DNA of 64,000 nucleotides from Lytechinus pictus (lineage: Eukaryota). The notes under the pieces were generated by a model. It saw only the letters and a program-made list of their open reading frames with translations. It ran no database searches and was not told the origin of the DNA. Where the stretch lies: NCBI RefSeq assembly GCF_037042905.1, contig NC_087251.1:31374001-31438000 (forward strand), in the 5' to 3' direction. A program made the translations under genes and the position numbers. Shown here piece after piece: positions 12,665 to 26,557 of the stretch; positions within the stretch are counted from its first letter, which is position 1, and each line of letters begins with the position of its first letter.

Positions 12665-14168
12665 CAGGGTGCTACATAACTTTTTTGAAGCACTTGCCCA
12701 GTCGGGCAAGTAAATTTTCAAATAGTTGGAAAATACTTGCCCGAATATAGATTTCAGTTGCCCGAAAAAATCCTTCAAAACAAAGTTTTATTGCTTCAAA
12801 ACAAGTTATAGCCTTAGAGTTTTACATACCATACCATTGACGGCTTTAAAAATAGATTTTTGAACATGACTACTGATATACCTTGTAGTTGTATTTCTTT
12901 CTTGAACATCATGACAAAATAAATGGTAAATATGCTCTTTAATTAATTTCCTAATCTCCCGAGGCCACCAGAAATTCACCTCGGGCAACCATTATTGAAA
13001 AAAATGTTAAGTTTTGGTGGCCCGAATCGGGCAACCAATAATTTTCAAAGTAGCGCAATTTTTCTCCCGATTTTGCACCCATTTATCAACTTTCTACAGT
13101 TCAAATTGCAAGCCAATTCGTCATGCGCCCTTTTTGTTAATATACACACACACAAAGATTGCATAGTCATGACAGTATGTAGGCCTACCGCTATAGCATA
13201 CAGTAACTATTATCCAGCCGGCCGTGCTGGCCGTCTGGCGTGAGCTTTGCATGCATGAGACCACTGCAGCTAGCTGTGCGCTAGCAGACTATTCAGACTT
13301 CGGGAGCTGCGATACGAAACGTTGCTGCTAAGAAATCTTCCACAGAACTTTGAAAATCTACGTCAAAGTCACATTTTACACCAATGAAATGCCCTTCTAC
13401 AGTCCATATTACTAAAATCTGGTGTAACCTGTTTATTTGCAAGCATTAAAAAGAAGAATTATGACCTCTCTTTTGACTCAAAAAGACCGATTTCCAAATG
13501 CATTAATACACATAAAACACATAGGTGAGTACATCACAGTCCCACGTGTGCATTTGTATGTACATGTATGTTGATACTTGGTTTCTTTTGAAGCTGTGTC
13601 TTTTCTAACCCAGGGAGCTCCCGCCCGCGCAGCAGGCGGGAGCCCAGGGGCTTACCGTGTATTTGACCATACTCACGGGACTAGGGTGATTTATGGTCTA
13701 AATATTTCTCCAAATGCATTGTGAAAACAGAAATTATGCACTTACCACGATTATATGGATGAAGGTCTAACGAGTGGCAGTTTCCTGACATCTGGGCACA
13801 GACTGGAACCTCAAAAAACGAAAAGTTCTCTCCTTCTACCCCCGTCTCGATCGGCCATTTTTGTTATGAATTGTAACAAAATGGCCGATCGAGACTGGGG
13901 TAGAAGGAGAGAACTTTTCGTTTTTTTGAGGTTCCAGTAAAATAACAGCAAACAAGATTTACATACAAGATGTACAAAGTGAAAGTAACTTAGTGGTAGT
14001 GGCTGCAGAATTAATATTTCAGAAGTTTGTTTTATTCATTTTTAATTAATGTTTTTCTTTATATTTTTCGGGCCACCAAACTTAAATATCGGGCCACCCA
14101 AAAAAATTATTTGAAGGTTTTTGTGGCCCGAACGGGCCACCACCAAAAAAAGTTAATGTGGAGCCTTG
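12665..14168. mobile_element. hAT-like non-autonomous element
   Basis: Imperfect TIRs CAGGGTGCTACATAACTTTTTT / AAAAAAGTTAATGTGGAGCCTTG; repeated GCCCGA/TCGGGC subterminal motifs; no clear TSD. Confidence 0.6.
13608..13938 (+). mobile_element. Partial copy of the ACCCAGGG foldback element
   Basis: Aligns with 36556-36785; carries its own central palindrome 13802-13938. Confidence 0.75.
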
Positions 14169-14921
14169 CTTTCGGGTACCAGGATAAACCATGGCCGTGG
14201 ATAAGAAAAGTGGGATATTTCTGGGACAATACCTATTAAGATAACGCTACAGAATCAAAATGAATATTAAAAAATTGCATTTTCTCATACAAAACAAAAA
14301 AAATCAGAATCAATGGTGTTCAAAATTAATAAACATTGGTAGTCCATTATCAAGAGCAGTAGAGTCAGCAACTCCTGCTATGCATTCAGTTGATGCTACA
14401 TCTATATGATGAATGCGCTATGGCTGTAAATGAAGCATGTAGGTCTGTGTGGAGAAATGAAACTACAGTACAATGTAATTGGTGTAAGTCACATTAGTGA
14501 CTTTTGAAAGCTTTTGCATTGTCATACGTGAGGGCATTGAAAATGTTTAGAAACAGGAAACTATACCAATTAGATTTAATTGACGGCTTATTATGATCTC
14601 TTTCTTTTTTTTATGCAGGTAGTCAGTCCCATGTTGATGTGAGACATCTAGTGGGCTGTTCATTGAGTGATCTCATCACAGCAACGGTATGAGTCGTAAG
14701 CGCCTTGTGAGATGAGTAACAGATCAAGAACACAACACTAAAATGACCACAGGAAATACATCACCTGACATTTGAAGGTACCTGGTTTACGTCCTCTTGA
14801 TAACGAACCACTTTCATGTCTGGCTACTGTGATGACAAACTTACTGCAACAGAAGCATTTTTCTATTAGTAAATATACAGTGTAACGTTGTCGGTGGAGT
14901 TCACGGAGGACATTTACAATC

Positions 14922-15767
14922 ATGGGAGCTTTTCTAGAGAAGCCAAATACGGAGAAAGAATTTTCTGAGGGGTCTGGGAATGGACTACGATATGGCCTTA
15001 GTAGCATGCAAGGCTGGAGAGTAGAGATGGAAGATGCCCATTCAGCAGTCACTGGTCTACCACATGGACTTGAAGATTGGTCCTTCTTTGCAGTGTTTGA
15101 TGGTCATGCCGGATCAAAGGTTGCCAAGCATTGCTCGGAGCATATGCTCCATGAAATCACTTCCAATCCCGAGTTTTTAGGATCGCCAAAGATAGATGGT
15201 AAATTGAATCCCTCTACGGATGCAGTTAAAGAGGGCATTAGGACTGGATTTCTGTCAATAGACTCAAAGATGAGAGACGACTTTGCAAGGACAGAAGATA
15301 GAAGTGGGTCAACTGCTGTTGGAGTTATCATATCGCCAAAGCATTTATTTTTTGCCAACTGTGGAGATTCAAGGTCGGTCCTGTCTAGAAAAGGGCAGGA
15401 TAAACCAGCATTTAGCACAGAAGACCACAAACCAGGGAAACCCAATGAATTGAAAAGAATAGAAAAAGCAGGTGGAAGTGTAATGATTGAGCGTGTGAAT
15501 GGCTCTTTGGCAGTTTCAAGAGCCCTGGGTGATTACGACTACAAGAATAATCCAAAAATCCCACCTACAGAACAGCTTGTCTCAGCAGAGCCTGAAGTAA
15601 CAGTTATTGAAAGGACAGATGAAGAAGAGTTCATTGTTTTGGCATGTGATGGAATATGGGATGTGATGTCAAATGAAGAACTCTGCCAGTTTATACGTTC
15701 AAGATTAGCTATTACAGACCACTTGGCAGAGATATGCAATCAAGTCATCGAGACCTGTTTACAGAAG
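14922..15767 (+). CDS. PPM1A: Protein phosphatase 2C (PPM1A/PPM1B orthologue), first coding exon
   Basis: MGAFLEKP N-terminus (myristoylation-type MG), [53 protein letters not shown]; donor AAG/GTATGT; the ORF-track extension past 15767 is intron. Confidence 0.97.
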
Positions 15768-16919
15768 GTATGTAATATCAGGATTTTAGTTATTGGTGTA
15801 CACTTTCTGTACACCAATTTTGAAGAAAAGTGTACATATCGTACACATGCATTTGTTGCATACATTTATGTACTGTACCTGTTTGTAACTTGTGGATGTG
15901 TTGTACACTTGTACACTTATTCACATACTGTACTACAATCATTGTTGCACATGCAGGAGGAGATGTGGCAAGTTATATTATTGCATGAAATATTTACAGG
16001 GCCTACTTGCATTTTGCAAGGGTTAATTAAATTTACAGTACATGTAGGATTCAATCTTATTGATTGAAATATTTTATGCATTTTCGATGTGCTGCAAGTA
16101 TTACCAGTATAAAAAATGTTCAGTGGAATCCAACTGCAATAAAAAAAACACATGGTGATGGAGATTGATCAGAGAATATGTGTCAAATTGCATATTTGGT
16201 GAGCAGATAATGGCAAATGATAATACAGTATATTATACTGGCCTTGTATACATGTATTTTCCCTTGGGAGGTCAGAAAGATTAATGTACCGTACTCGGGG
16301 TACTGTACATGTTCATCTATGTCCTCATGAAAATATCTCTCACCAAGAAATACTTAAGAAAAGAACATGATTTACATGTAGTCATTTTATGTATTGGAGC
16401 AAGTGGAGGAGTTGTACCTGTACCCAGCCTAATGTACATCTTAATGACACTTTCTCTTTGTTGGGTTGGATCTCCCTTTAGATCACCAAAATACTTGTAT
16501 GTACATGTACATGTAGTATGTTTGTCCTGTGTTTTTATAAAATGAATTTACATGTACACCTACATGTACATGTACATCCCACATATCCATATGTACCGGT
16601 AATTGTGTTAAAGATAGTAGAAACCTCCAATTGAATCAATCAGACTGAAGTTAACAGCTACAATATAAATTATGTGAGTTTACATACATGTATGCATGTA
16701 CAGTACATGTATCATGGATCGTAGATGCAAGGTCGGACACTACAGCAGATATAAATGCCAGCTGTGATGAGAATCTCAGATTTGTTTGAACAGCATCCAA
16801 TAAAATGACAACAGCCCATCTGTATAGGCCCTAGCTATGCATGTACATGTATGCCAATTGATTCTGGTAGAAGATATCAATGTTGAGAAATTAGCAAATA
16901 AACATGACTTTGCAGCCAG

Positions 16920-17047
16920 GGCCCCGTAACACAAAGCTTAGCAATCATCGTAGAACATTTTCTACGATTGATTACATTGACTACAGTGTACAATCAATTG
17001 TGAAAATCAAGCGTACGTTTAATCGATAACCTTTGTGCTACGGGACC
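16920..17047. mobile_element. Short Harbinger-like MITE
   Basis: TIRs GGCCCCGTAACACAAAG / CTTTGTGCTACGGGACC; CAG TSD. Confidence 0.7.
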
Positions 17048-18214
17048 CAGGTGAAGGGTCCTTTTCCAAGAAATAAATATACACTGCATTATATACTGTG
17101 TGCTGTGCTTCAGGGGTGATTGATTTTGAGCTCAGACTTCTTGATTCCACAATGTTGGATTAAACTGTACCAGATACCGATCTAGGATGGTATGGTGACT
17201 ACATATTCTAACCTTGATTTTCACAGATCATTATTTGCAGCAACTACATTGGTTGAGCTTTGAAACTGTTTTACCATTGATCAGGTTCTGAGCTTTTTCT
17301 TTGCCAGGATGTCGTCTTGGCTCAGCTCAGATGGCAGATGGATTTGTGAGCATATTGAAGCTGATTGGCATAATGGTTAAGGATGAGTCATTGGTTATAA
17401 ATAGGACAGCAGTAGACTAGCAGGCAAACACTCCCTTGCTTCCGTCCGGCTTGGGAGAAAGCATAACATGCATTGCAAAGTACAGTACTCAGTATGTATA
17501 CATACATTGTACAATGTAAGGTGCTAGCAGGGAGCACATCATTACATGTATGTACAGAACAACTTCACTGCGTATCCATCTCATATGAATGTACGTGTAC
17601 ATGTCATGTACACTCTTATGCCTTGGTACATATATGTAGTTTAAAAATGTTACTTTTTGTGTGTGTAATACTAGTATACAGTACAATAATAGTGGCAGTG
17701 GCGCTGTCAACATCAAAATTTAACCATACAATAAACATATATTTTGAGTTTTTGTAATGTCATCAGACTTCAGACATCGCAACTTGAAATCTTAAAATCC
17801 CCTTTGTCCCCTTTGAAAATCAAGGCATTTACAGGTACTGTCTGTATTCTGTAATAGTGAGTTAAAGAAACATGTATTAAACTGACTAGTAGTGTACATG
17901 TGTCATGGTCATTTGCGGTTGAGGGATGCTAACCATGTGTCAAGTAACATATCATTTTACCTGGTCATTGAATTCAATCACTGTTCTTCATAGAAAGTGC
18001 ACAAAATGTTCTGTTGTAGCAATCTGGTCATCAAAGGAAACATGATTTTACTGCACCGAGGACATTTCAAATTATGGATTTTGTAAACATTGAGATATTT
18101 TTACTAAGGTGAAACAATTATACAGTACTTGCAGTCCCACACTGGAAAACTGTCTAAGGGGCAAATATTTTCTCCCAGTTTAATGTGATTGTATCTCCCC
18201 TTTTCTGTTTGCAG

Positions 18215-18332
18215 GGAAGTCGTGATAACATGAGCATTGTGATCGTGACTTTTCAGAATGCTCCTGAAGTATCACAGGATGCCCTCACAAAAGAAAGGGA
18301 ACTTGATGCGCTACTTGAAGAGAAAATCAAAG
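18215..18332 (+). CDS. PPM1A: PPM1A/B coding exon 2 (GSRDNMSIVIVTFQNAPEVSQDALTKERELDALLEEKIK)
   Basis: Acceptor tttgcag, conserved GSRDNMS motif, donor G/GTGAGA, phase-consistent. Confidence 0.95.
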
Positions 18333-21300
18333 GTGAGATATTACATTGCATGTTTAACAGGGGAGTGTTTCATTAACATTTGTCATCTAGTGTCTGACTG
18401 TTACCATGGTAATTGTCAGATATGTGTCAAACAGACATTGTCCACAAACACTCCCCTGGATAGCTACATGTACAAATACATGTAGTTTGAAGTTGACGGA
18501 TAAACACGATAACCCAGAAAGGTCATGTTTGCTTCCCCTTTGCAATGCAGAATGAAAGTAGACTACCAAAACCTTAATTTTTATGAAAATAAGAATTGAA
18601 ATGTGCATTGCATGAATCAGTGATAATAGAGGATGGTCTTGTACGTACATGTATATTAGAAAAAACATATTTCTTCATATTTGGACACCTGCAAAGTTTG
18701 ATAAAAAATCACTGCCTTCCTGATGGATTGAACAACATATTAGAAAATAATAAACACTCCACTCCGAGAAGTTGATTTACACATTAAGAAAAAAAATCAG
18801 ACAAAGCATAACACTGAAAATTTCATCGAAACCGGCTTTATGTGAAGATTATGGTGTCATAATCTTAATAGCATGTATTCATACAATTATCAGATCCTGG
18901 TCTAAATGTTAACATTTGATGGAGCTGATAATGTAATACCGGTATACACTCACTGAATGAAAAAAAAAAAAAAAAAAAAAAAAAAACTTTTATTACAAGC
19001 CATTATTAATGTACATATGTATGTGCATCTCACTGTTTTGTACAAATAAGTGAAATTTTAAAATATCAGATCATTGTTTACATTCAGTTTCAATTAAATT
19101 TTCTACATTATGCTTGCTTGCTTTTCTCTGTCCATTCAAATCAACTTTGGGTTTAGGTGGACTTGACATTTAACAAGAGAGTATCCTATTGATCAGATTT
19201 TGCAGCTCTAGATAAATGAGTTTAAAGACACTTTGATATTCACATATACGTGTCGTACATGTAGATGTACATCTGCAATATTTTTTCCCCTTTTTTTTCA
19301 AAACACACATGTATACAAGCACACACCAAATGCAAAACAAGTCTTGAGATACACCTTGATAATTAAACTTCCAATTTGCATTTAAACGATTTCTATGTGA
19401 TTAATTCATCAGTGTAAAATTCTCTTGTGATTTAAATGTAAAGTTGTATCACTGATGACTTGTATACTGAACTTTTTTTGGGGTGGATCGTTTTCACTCA
19501 GAGCAGGCTATCAACTGTCTCAGAGTTCAGGAAGAATGGGCATGGCTTTATGAACATCATTCGTTGGCATGGACGCATGGTGTAAATAAACATTTCTGGT
19601 GCACACCTGCTTTCAAACGAATGATCAGCAGGATAATATAAATGCTCTGAAGCTTTTTTTTTTGCATGAGCATGTGTTGATCTTGAGGCGCATACAGTAA
19701 TACATGATAGGCCTTAGCAGGTTTATGGTACTTGTACAGTACAAATCCCTGATTGAAAACTGTCAAAACCTATTGCTGCTACAGTCTATGGTGCATTATT
19801 GAAATTTGATAATACACCATGTACAGTACATACACTGTATTCACACAGTCAGAGGACCCAAAGCGGCAGCAATGCAACACATTTGCACAAACCTTCTTAT
19901 TTTGTAGAAAATACTTTAAAAAACTATCATGATACAAATTTTGTAAGGTACATGTATAACAAGATAAATGTAATCTCAAATACATGTAAATGAAGATTTT
20001 TATTTGATATGTCTGTTTTAGATTCATGAAAACTAGATTTGGATCTTACTTTAATGTATGATAGGGGATTTAACCTGTAGAATGAAATCATTGAATTAAC
20101 CACTAGTACACTACACAATCACCAGTACATGTGGATAAAAATTTGATCATTATGCACAGTTTGGTTGTGAGTGGGCACACATTGAATTAATTTGAATAGA
20201 GTTGATGGGTTTAACCATTGTTTATAAAAAAATTCAGTTATCTCATAATTCATGTTTCTTTGCCATGATTGAAAAATTAGATAGCTATTTTATTTTAATT
20301 TTAAAATCATGGTAAAGGAACATGAATCATGAGATAAGTGTGCATTCAATAAACAATAAGAGGTACATCATACATGTACATGTATACAGCCACATTCCAT
20401 GCAGAAGAACAATCAAATACAGGCTGAGTACATTTTCATATGATTCACTTGACTAAAAGATGCATGAGCTGAATGGGAATGCTAGTATGCTTAGAAGAAA
20501 ATAGGCAATGTACTTGATGCAGAGCTAGAGTTACCCCATTTGCACAAAACAGATCGAATGCAATATCAAATACATGTTGTGAATGTAAAAACGATATGGT
20601 TAATAACGATTTACCTTGCAGTTTGCACTATCATTTTGCTTGTGTGCAACATCCTTCCTTGGGGTTGTCTGCAGAATTTAAAATTTTTGCCAAGCATTTC
20701 ATAATTTTCTCTATTCTTTTCACGATTGCACCCCATTCGCACCATCATATCACTTTCTTTAATAATCGGATTGTTGTTTTTTCCTTCCACACCTGTGTAT
20801 GTATTCAAGTGTTCTCTCATGTGTGTGTCCAGCCAATCCTCCATTTTTCATCTCAAGTTTTACTCGGCATAATTAACTTGAAGTTCAGAATAAGCCAGTT
20901 TGAACCCTTCCCCAAAAGATGTCGAAATTTCACACATTCTTAATGTACATCCAGGAAAATCCATAGATTTGATTTAATTGGAAACTGCTGTACATATTCC
21001 CTTCCTTCTTAGGCGTTCAGTAGATGTTAGACTATTACTTGTATGCCATACTCTGACAAAGTCTGCAGAAATCTGTAATTTTTATAGACCTAAAAACACA
21101 TTTTGAACTTATTTACGCTTTTGGCCTCCCATCAGCTTCAAGATGGATGATTCATAGTTTGTTGACTTGCCTTATAACTTTATCTTGATTGAAGCAGATA
21201 TAATTTTTTTTCAACGATTCTGCCAAAGCAATTACTCCTGTTGAAGAATTTAAAAAAAAATGTACTTCATTATCATAATTAAAATATGTTTTTACTGGAG

Positions 21301-22529
21301 AATAGCCCATATGTGCTTACGGTTGGGAGCCAAGAATGAAGGAATGTCCATATTTCATTTCAAATATACTATAGTTATAAGGCAATATTCACTAAAATAT
21401 ATTATTTCACATAGAATCCACTATACCAATTAGACTACAAGATCCCAGACTAAAAATTACTCAATAACAAAAAATTAATAGGTCAATGGTTCTTGCCAAG
21501 TGCCAACATTGTGATTTAAAAATTCTGTTGTATGCTGAAAAATGTTAGCAGGCAAATGTCAAGCAGAAACGATAATAAGATGGAAGTTAAAATGCTGTAA
21601 AATCAGTTTATACGGGTACATCTCATATTATAAAATGCCTACATATTGTGCACAGCAATTCTACAAACAAGTGGACAATATGCCATAATCCAGTGTGCGT
21701 TTTCCTACAGTGTACACTGTACAGTACATATGTTCACTGTAAATAATTTCCTCTTAATTTCTCAAAATACTGATGTGATGAACATGACTAATAGTGAACC
21801 AATGATGGCACATTAAAATCACACTCACTAATCCTTCACTTTACAGTGAAATATTTAACCTTTTCTCTAATACATGTAAAAAATGTTTTCACCCGTGGTG
21901 GAATGGATAAATCATTATTTAACAATAACATTAACATGATTCATTGGTTGAGCTTCTCGCCAATGAAGTTTGAATTCCCTTTACTTGTACCTTTTTTTAG
22001 AGAATAATAACACACTCGTTAAATAATTTGCAAGCCCCTCTCTTGTCATGTGTTTTTGTATTATTTGAATGGCCCAAATCTCAGGCATAGAAAGTAATAT
22101 TGTGTTGGTTTACTTTGTAAATTTTTGAATGTTGAATTAAATCATGGAGAGAACTATAATAATGATAATATTTGTAATTTGCTGGTAAAGTGACATCCTT
22201 CATGAGTAGATGCTCATGGCACAGTAAAGAAAAGAACTAGATGAAAAAAATAATAAAGAGGGGTAAGAACTATGGCCTGAATATTTTGTGAAAGTTCTAA
22301 ACTTATGCAATTGTCTATCAAGGTCAATAAAATCAAGAAACCCTGCTTTTTGAAAACCTCTTTGTTTTTCTTCACATATTGTATTCTGTCATATGTCATT
22401 ATGTTTTTACTTGTATGTGTCTGTCTATTTCATTGTCATTTATTTTGTTATTAAGTTGATTTGTTTATTCATTTATTTCTATTATTTCGTAACATGAACA
22501 TGCTTGATTGCCTGGGTCTTTTTCTACAG

Positions 22530-22635
22530 AGGTAAAGGAAAACTTTGGAGACCAGACCCAGCTGGACCTCGTGATGCATGTGCTGGGAATGGCAGATATA
22601 CCAGGTCTCCCCCCAGGCGGAGGTCTCTCAGCAAA
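22530..22635 (+). CDS. PPM1A: PPM1A/B coding exon 3 (EVKENFGDQTQLDLVMHVLGMADIPGLPPGGGLSAK)
   Basis: Acceptor ttctacag, IPGLPPGGGL motif of the PP2C C-terminal domain, donor AA/GTGAGT. Confidence 0.93.
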
Positions 22636-23053
22636 GTGAGTTCAGGGTTCAGTCTCCTCCCAAACCTTCCTTTTGACCTAAATGACAGCACAGTGTCATA
22701 AGTATCTCGTGGTTAATATACATATATTATTCTATTATTTGTTCACTACATCAGTATTCATTAAAGAGTTTAACGCCCTACCTTCCTTGGAATCTGTTCA
22801 TGTTTGATACACTTCAAATTCTCTACATTGTGCCTAGCAAAAATAGTGAATTTTCAAAGAAATTCAAAGAGGAGTTATAAAGATGATAAAGAAAGTATAA
22901 TATTTTTTAGTCTTAACATCTTTTGTAATAATTATGACAACTGTATTAGTCCAGTTTATTTAAATGTCAAAAGATAATGCCAGATTTTTTAATGTATCTG
23001 GTTCGAGGGATCTCTTAAAATTCCATTTTAAATTTTCTATCGAATGATACCAG

Positions 23054-23207
23054 GTGGGTGTTTCATAAAGCTGTTTGTAAGATAAGAGCGACTGGTGATC
23101 CTTTCTTGTGGTAAATATACATTGGCGATGGTTTAGCGTGTAAGAAAGGTTCACCAGTCGTTCTTAAAGTCGCTCTTATCTTACAAACAGCTTTATGAAA
23201 CGGTCCC
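23054..23207. mobile_element. Short Harbinger-like MITE
   Basis: Inverted arms GTTTCATAAAGCTGTTTGTAAGATAAGAGCGACT and complement; CAG TSD (23051-23053, 23208-23210). Confidence 0.8.
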
Positions 23208-25174
23208 CAGTTTTTTGAAAAGTGGTCAGTAGCCATTTGGAAGCTAGGGATGGGATGAGAAATGTTAGCACTTTTTTTTTAATATTCCCCGCTTGGCACA
23301 GATGAGTGTACCAAATAAGCACACATTCTGAGAATGTAGGATGTAAACCCCATTTGGTAACGTTTTTCCCCGTTTTTTTTTTTTTTTTTTTTGTTTTGTT
23401 TTTTTTTTGTTTTGTTTTGTTGTTGTTGAAATAAATGAAAATGCCATCTCTTTTGGGTTATACATGTACATGTAGTGTAGGCCCTAAAACTGTTAAAATC
23501 CCTTTTTTAGGACATTGGGAGTTTGATTGTAAAGGAGTTGTATGATTCTGTTTATACCAGAGTTTAAAAAAAACCTGATTGATCTACCCCCATTATCTCC
23601 CATTTCTCATGATTTTTGTTACGTCAAAATTCATTTCGCACTTATCATACTGTATTTTTTTTGTAATCATACTAGAAAGATGTACTTTTAATTAACAGTA
23701 TCATTCATCTATCATACTGCCAAGTAATTAGGATGAAGATCTTGGGAATCATTTCAAACATATTTAGTGTCTATTCATACATGTACATACTATTAAAATG
23801 CTAAATTTGTCATGCCCTTTTGTGAACTGTCTGGGTCACTTTATTAAAATAATTCTTAAACTTTGATACCCTGCTATAAAGAAATACTGTACATGTAAGT
23901 TTCACCTTTTCTGTCCAAGTGTTTGTTAGCTCTATTGATTGTACTTATGTTCTCTTTGAAAAGCTTTTTAGGATAGTTTGGTGCGATGTTATTATTCCCT
24001 TGTGTTACTATCATTATTTAGTGTACAAATTGTACTTGTTTCGTGCTTTCATATTTCATTCATTTCATTATACACTTTTGTATCTATAGCACATTCTTTG
24101 CACATTTATTCTTCTGAAAATCATACGCCATTGCAGTTTAATCCATTTACATTTATCCGTCCCATTTCTGTTCATCACATCTGTCATCAAAAATTGGATG
24201 TGTATACATTCATGTATGATAATCAGTTACTCAATTTAAAGCATGAAGCATTTTAGTGCATGTTGGTATTTATGTTGATGATACATATTGCCATGATCTA
24301 CATTAGAACAAGCTTGATTAAAAAATAAAAGAGCTGGAAAACAGAGACACCTCAACAGAACTGACATTACAGTATTTATGTGAAAACAATGCCAAAAGGG
24401 GTAATCGTCCAACTGATTCAGGAGATGGTGTGTCATGCTGCTTATGCATTGGGAGTGACATTCGGCATAATGTATGAGCATAAAATGCAAAACCTCGGCA
24501 CTCTATGAATAAACTAAATCTGTTACTCAACAAAGTTTGCAAGACTGGCCAAATTTATCATGCCTAGTAGTTGAAAAGGAAATTCTTATGAAATTGTTTT
24601 AAACAAAAAACACAAACTTCATATGTAAAAGGCTAGTTTATCAATTTGTAGACAAGTAGAGAAGGGAGGAACTTTGAAGAAATAAGATGGTCTGGCATAT
24701 CTCTTTTTTCCATATGGATTTTACATAGAATTTCTTATTATTGTGATAAAAAGAAACAGATCTCCATTAAAATGTTTTAGATAGATGGAAATCTCATGAG
24801 GGGTCATTAAGTACTCAGTATACAGATATAGGAAATGATTGACGATTGCATTATATTATATCACAACCAAGTAGTATTGTGAATTGGAATGTATATTGTT
24901 TGTCAAACTGAGCGACAGTGATAAAAAAAGAACATGAATTTACTATTTATTTAATTCATTCTCATATCTTATATTTCTGATCTGATCTGTCAACACTCAT
25001 TTCTGCTGTTCTCCTATTCCCATTTGTTGCCTATTTTTTCTCTTCCTCTGTGCCTCTTCTCTTCCCCTGTTACCACTTCTCTTCCTTTCTTACTGAATCT
25101 CTTCCTATCTTATTTCTTCTCTTTCTCTCTTATTTCTTCTCTTTCTCTTTGTTTTCTGCTTCTCCAACACACAG

Positions 25175-25229
25175 GAAAGGAACCATCGAAGAGATTCTGA
25201 GCAGGTTAATAGACAGGAAACAAGACGAG
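25175..25229 (+). CDS. PPM1A: PPM1A/B coding exon 4 (KGTIEEILSRLIDRKQDE)
   Basis: Long polypyrimidine tract plus cag, phase-consistent, donor GAG/GTAAAG. Confidence 0.88.
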
Positions 25230-25340
25230 GTAAAGAATTCAAATGCCCCTATTAAAAGTCATTCTTCTGCTTCTCACAAACCCCTTTGATTGCTTGCCTG
25301 ATGAGGGGAGTGGGTGTGTAAGCAAAGATGCATGCTGAAA

Positions 25341-25621
25341 GGCTGTCGCACCTTGAGAGGTTTTAGCCAGCGTATGCCGACGTACCTATGGCAAGCCATT
25401 TTCTCATTTCATCTTATTTCCTGATATCTCGAATTGCTTTTTTTAAAACGCAAAATTATTTCTTGATGTATAAAAGAATTTTGACTTTTTATATTTAGAC
25501 AGTTTTTAAAATAAAAAAATGAATGCTTGATAGTCGATATCAAGAAAATGAGATTAAATGAGGAACGACTTGCCATACAGACATCTGCATCCGCTGCTTA
25601 AAACATCAAAGTGTGACAGCC
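25341..25621. mobile_element. Palindromic MITE in the last PPM1A intron
   Basis: GGCTGTCGCAC / GTGTGACAGCC termini with degenerate inverted arms. Confidence 0.6.
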
Positions 25622-26533
25622 AATTTAGGGGCGTGATTGACTTGAATAACTCTTTGGAAATGTCTCTCACCGACCAATGCTATGTATTCACCGATACGTA
25701 CTATGATGGAATCTGGTATTTGACATACATGTATCTAGATTTACATCGTATATATATTATTTGATAGGATCTTTGGAGATATGAAGAGAAGCATACATCA
25801 ATGCCATTTCTACAGGTTGAAAAGGGGATCTTATGAGCTGATTCAAACAAATGAGAATGAGCCAAAGGGTCAAACTTTGCCTTATATGAAAATGGCAATT
25901 TGTTTTACTGAATTTTGTACTTTATGAATACTGGGTAATTATTTGCGCAATTGCCTCTTTATGAATTGAGAAGGATGAAATGTCACAGGTTGGCTTTGTA
26001 TGCATATTGCCTAAAATTCAGACCCCTTGCGAATAGCACATTGATATTATCAATATTTGTATAGAATGAAACTAAGCCCAGCTGTGTTACCCATATTTTT
26101 ATTTCAATGTGAAACCACAGCTCTCAATTATTAAGAAAACAGAAAATAAATTTTTGTAGCTTGGTATAAAGAGGAAATAATGTGTTTTTTTTTTATATCG
26201 AATGGAATAAAAATAAACTTGAATTGACTTGAACTACATTCTAGAAAATAGATTGATAGTGCAACTTTGAAAACAAAGAGTGATTTTTAACCTGTTTAAT
26301 TTTTTTGGTCTATTCTTATTTCTCTATCCTTTGCACCATGAACTTTCACCCTCACATGGCCTATGGGTATGGATATTTACATATATACATACACACATAT
26401 AGAGGCACTAATGTTATTCTCTATTTGGGCTAAAGGTTACCCCCAGACGTCTGCCTGTTTTTCCCTCTGCTTCACCCTTATAATTCTATATACCACTCCC
26501 TCTCTTGCACCCTTCTGCCTATCAATGCATTAG

Positions 26534-26557
26534 GACTCGTCAGATGAAAAATGGTAG
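26534..26557 (+). CDS. PPM1A: PPM1A/B terminal coding exon (DSSDEKW*)
   Basis: Pyrimidine-rich acceptor ..cattag; acidic tail ending in W as in vertebrate PPM1A; total CDS 1149 nt = 382 aa. Confidence 0.8.
   Translation, partial: DSSDEKW

Noticed and set aside
15768..16067. C-terminal 99 aa of the 381-aa ORF 14922-16067
   Set aside because: Intron read-through; PP2C homology stops at the GTATGT donor and resumes at 18215
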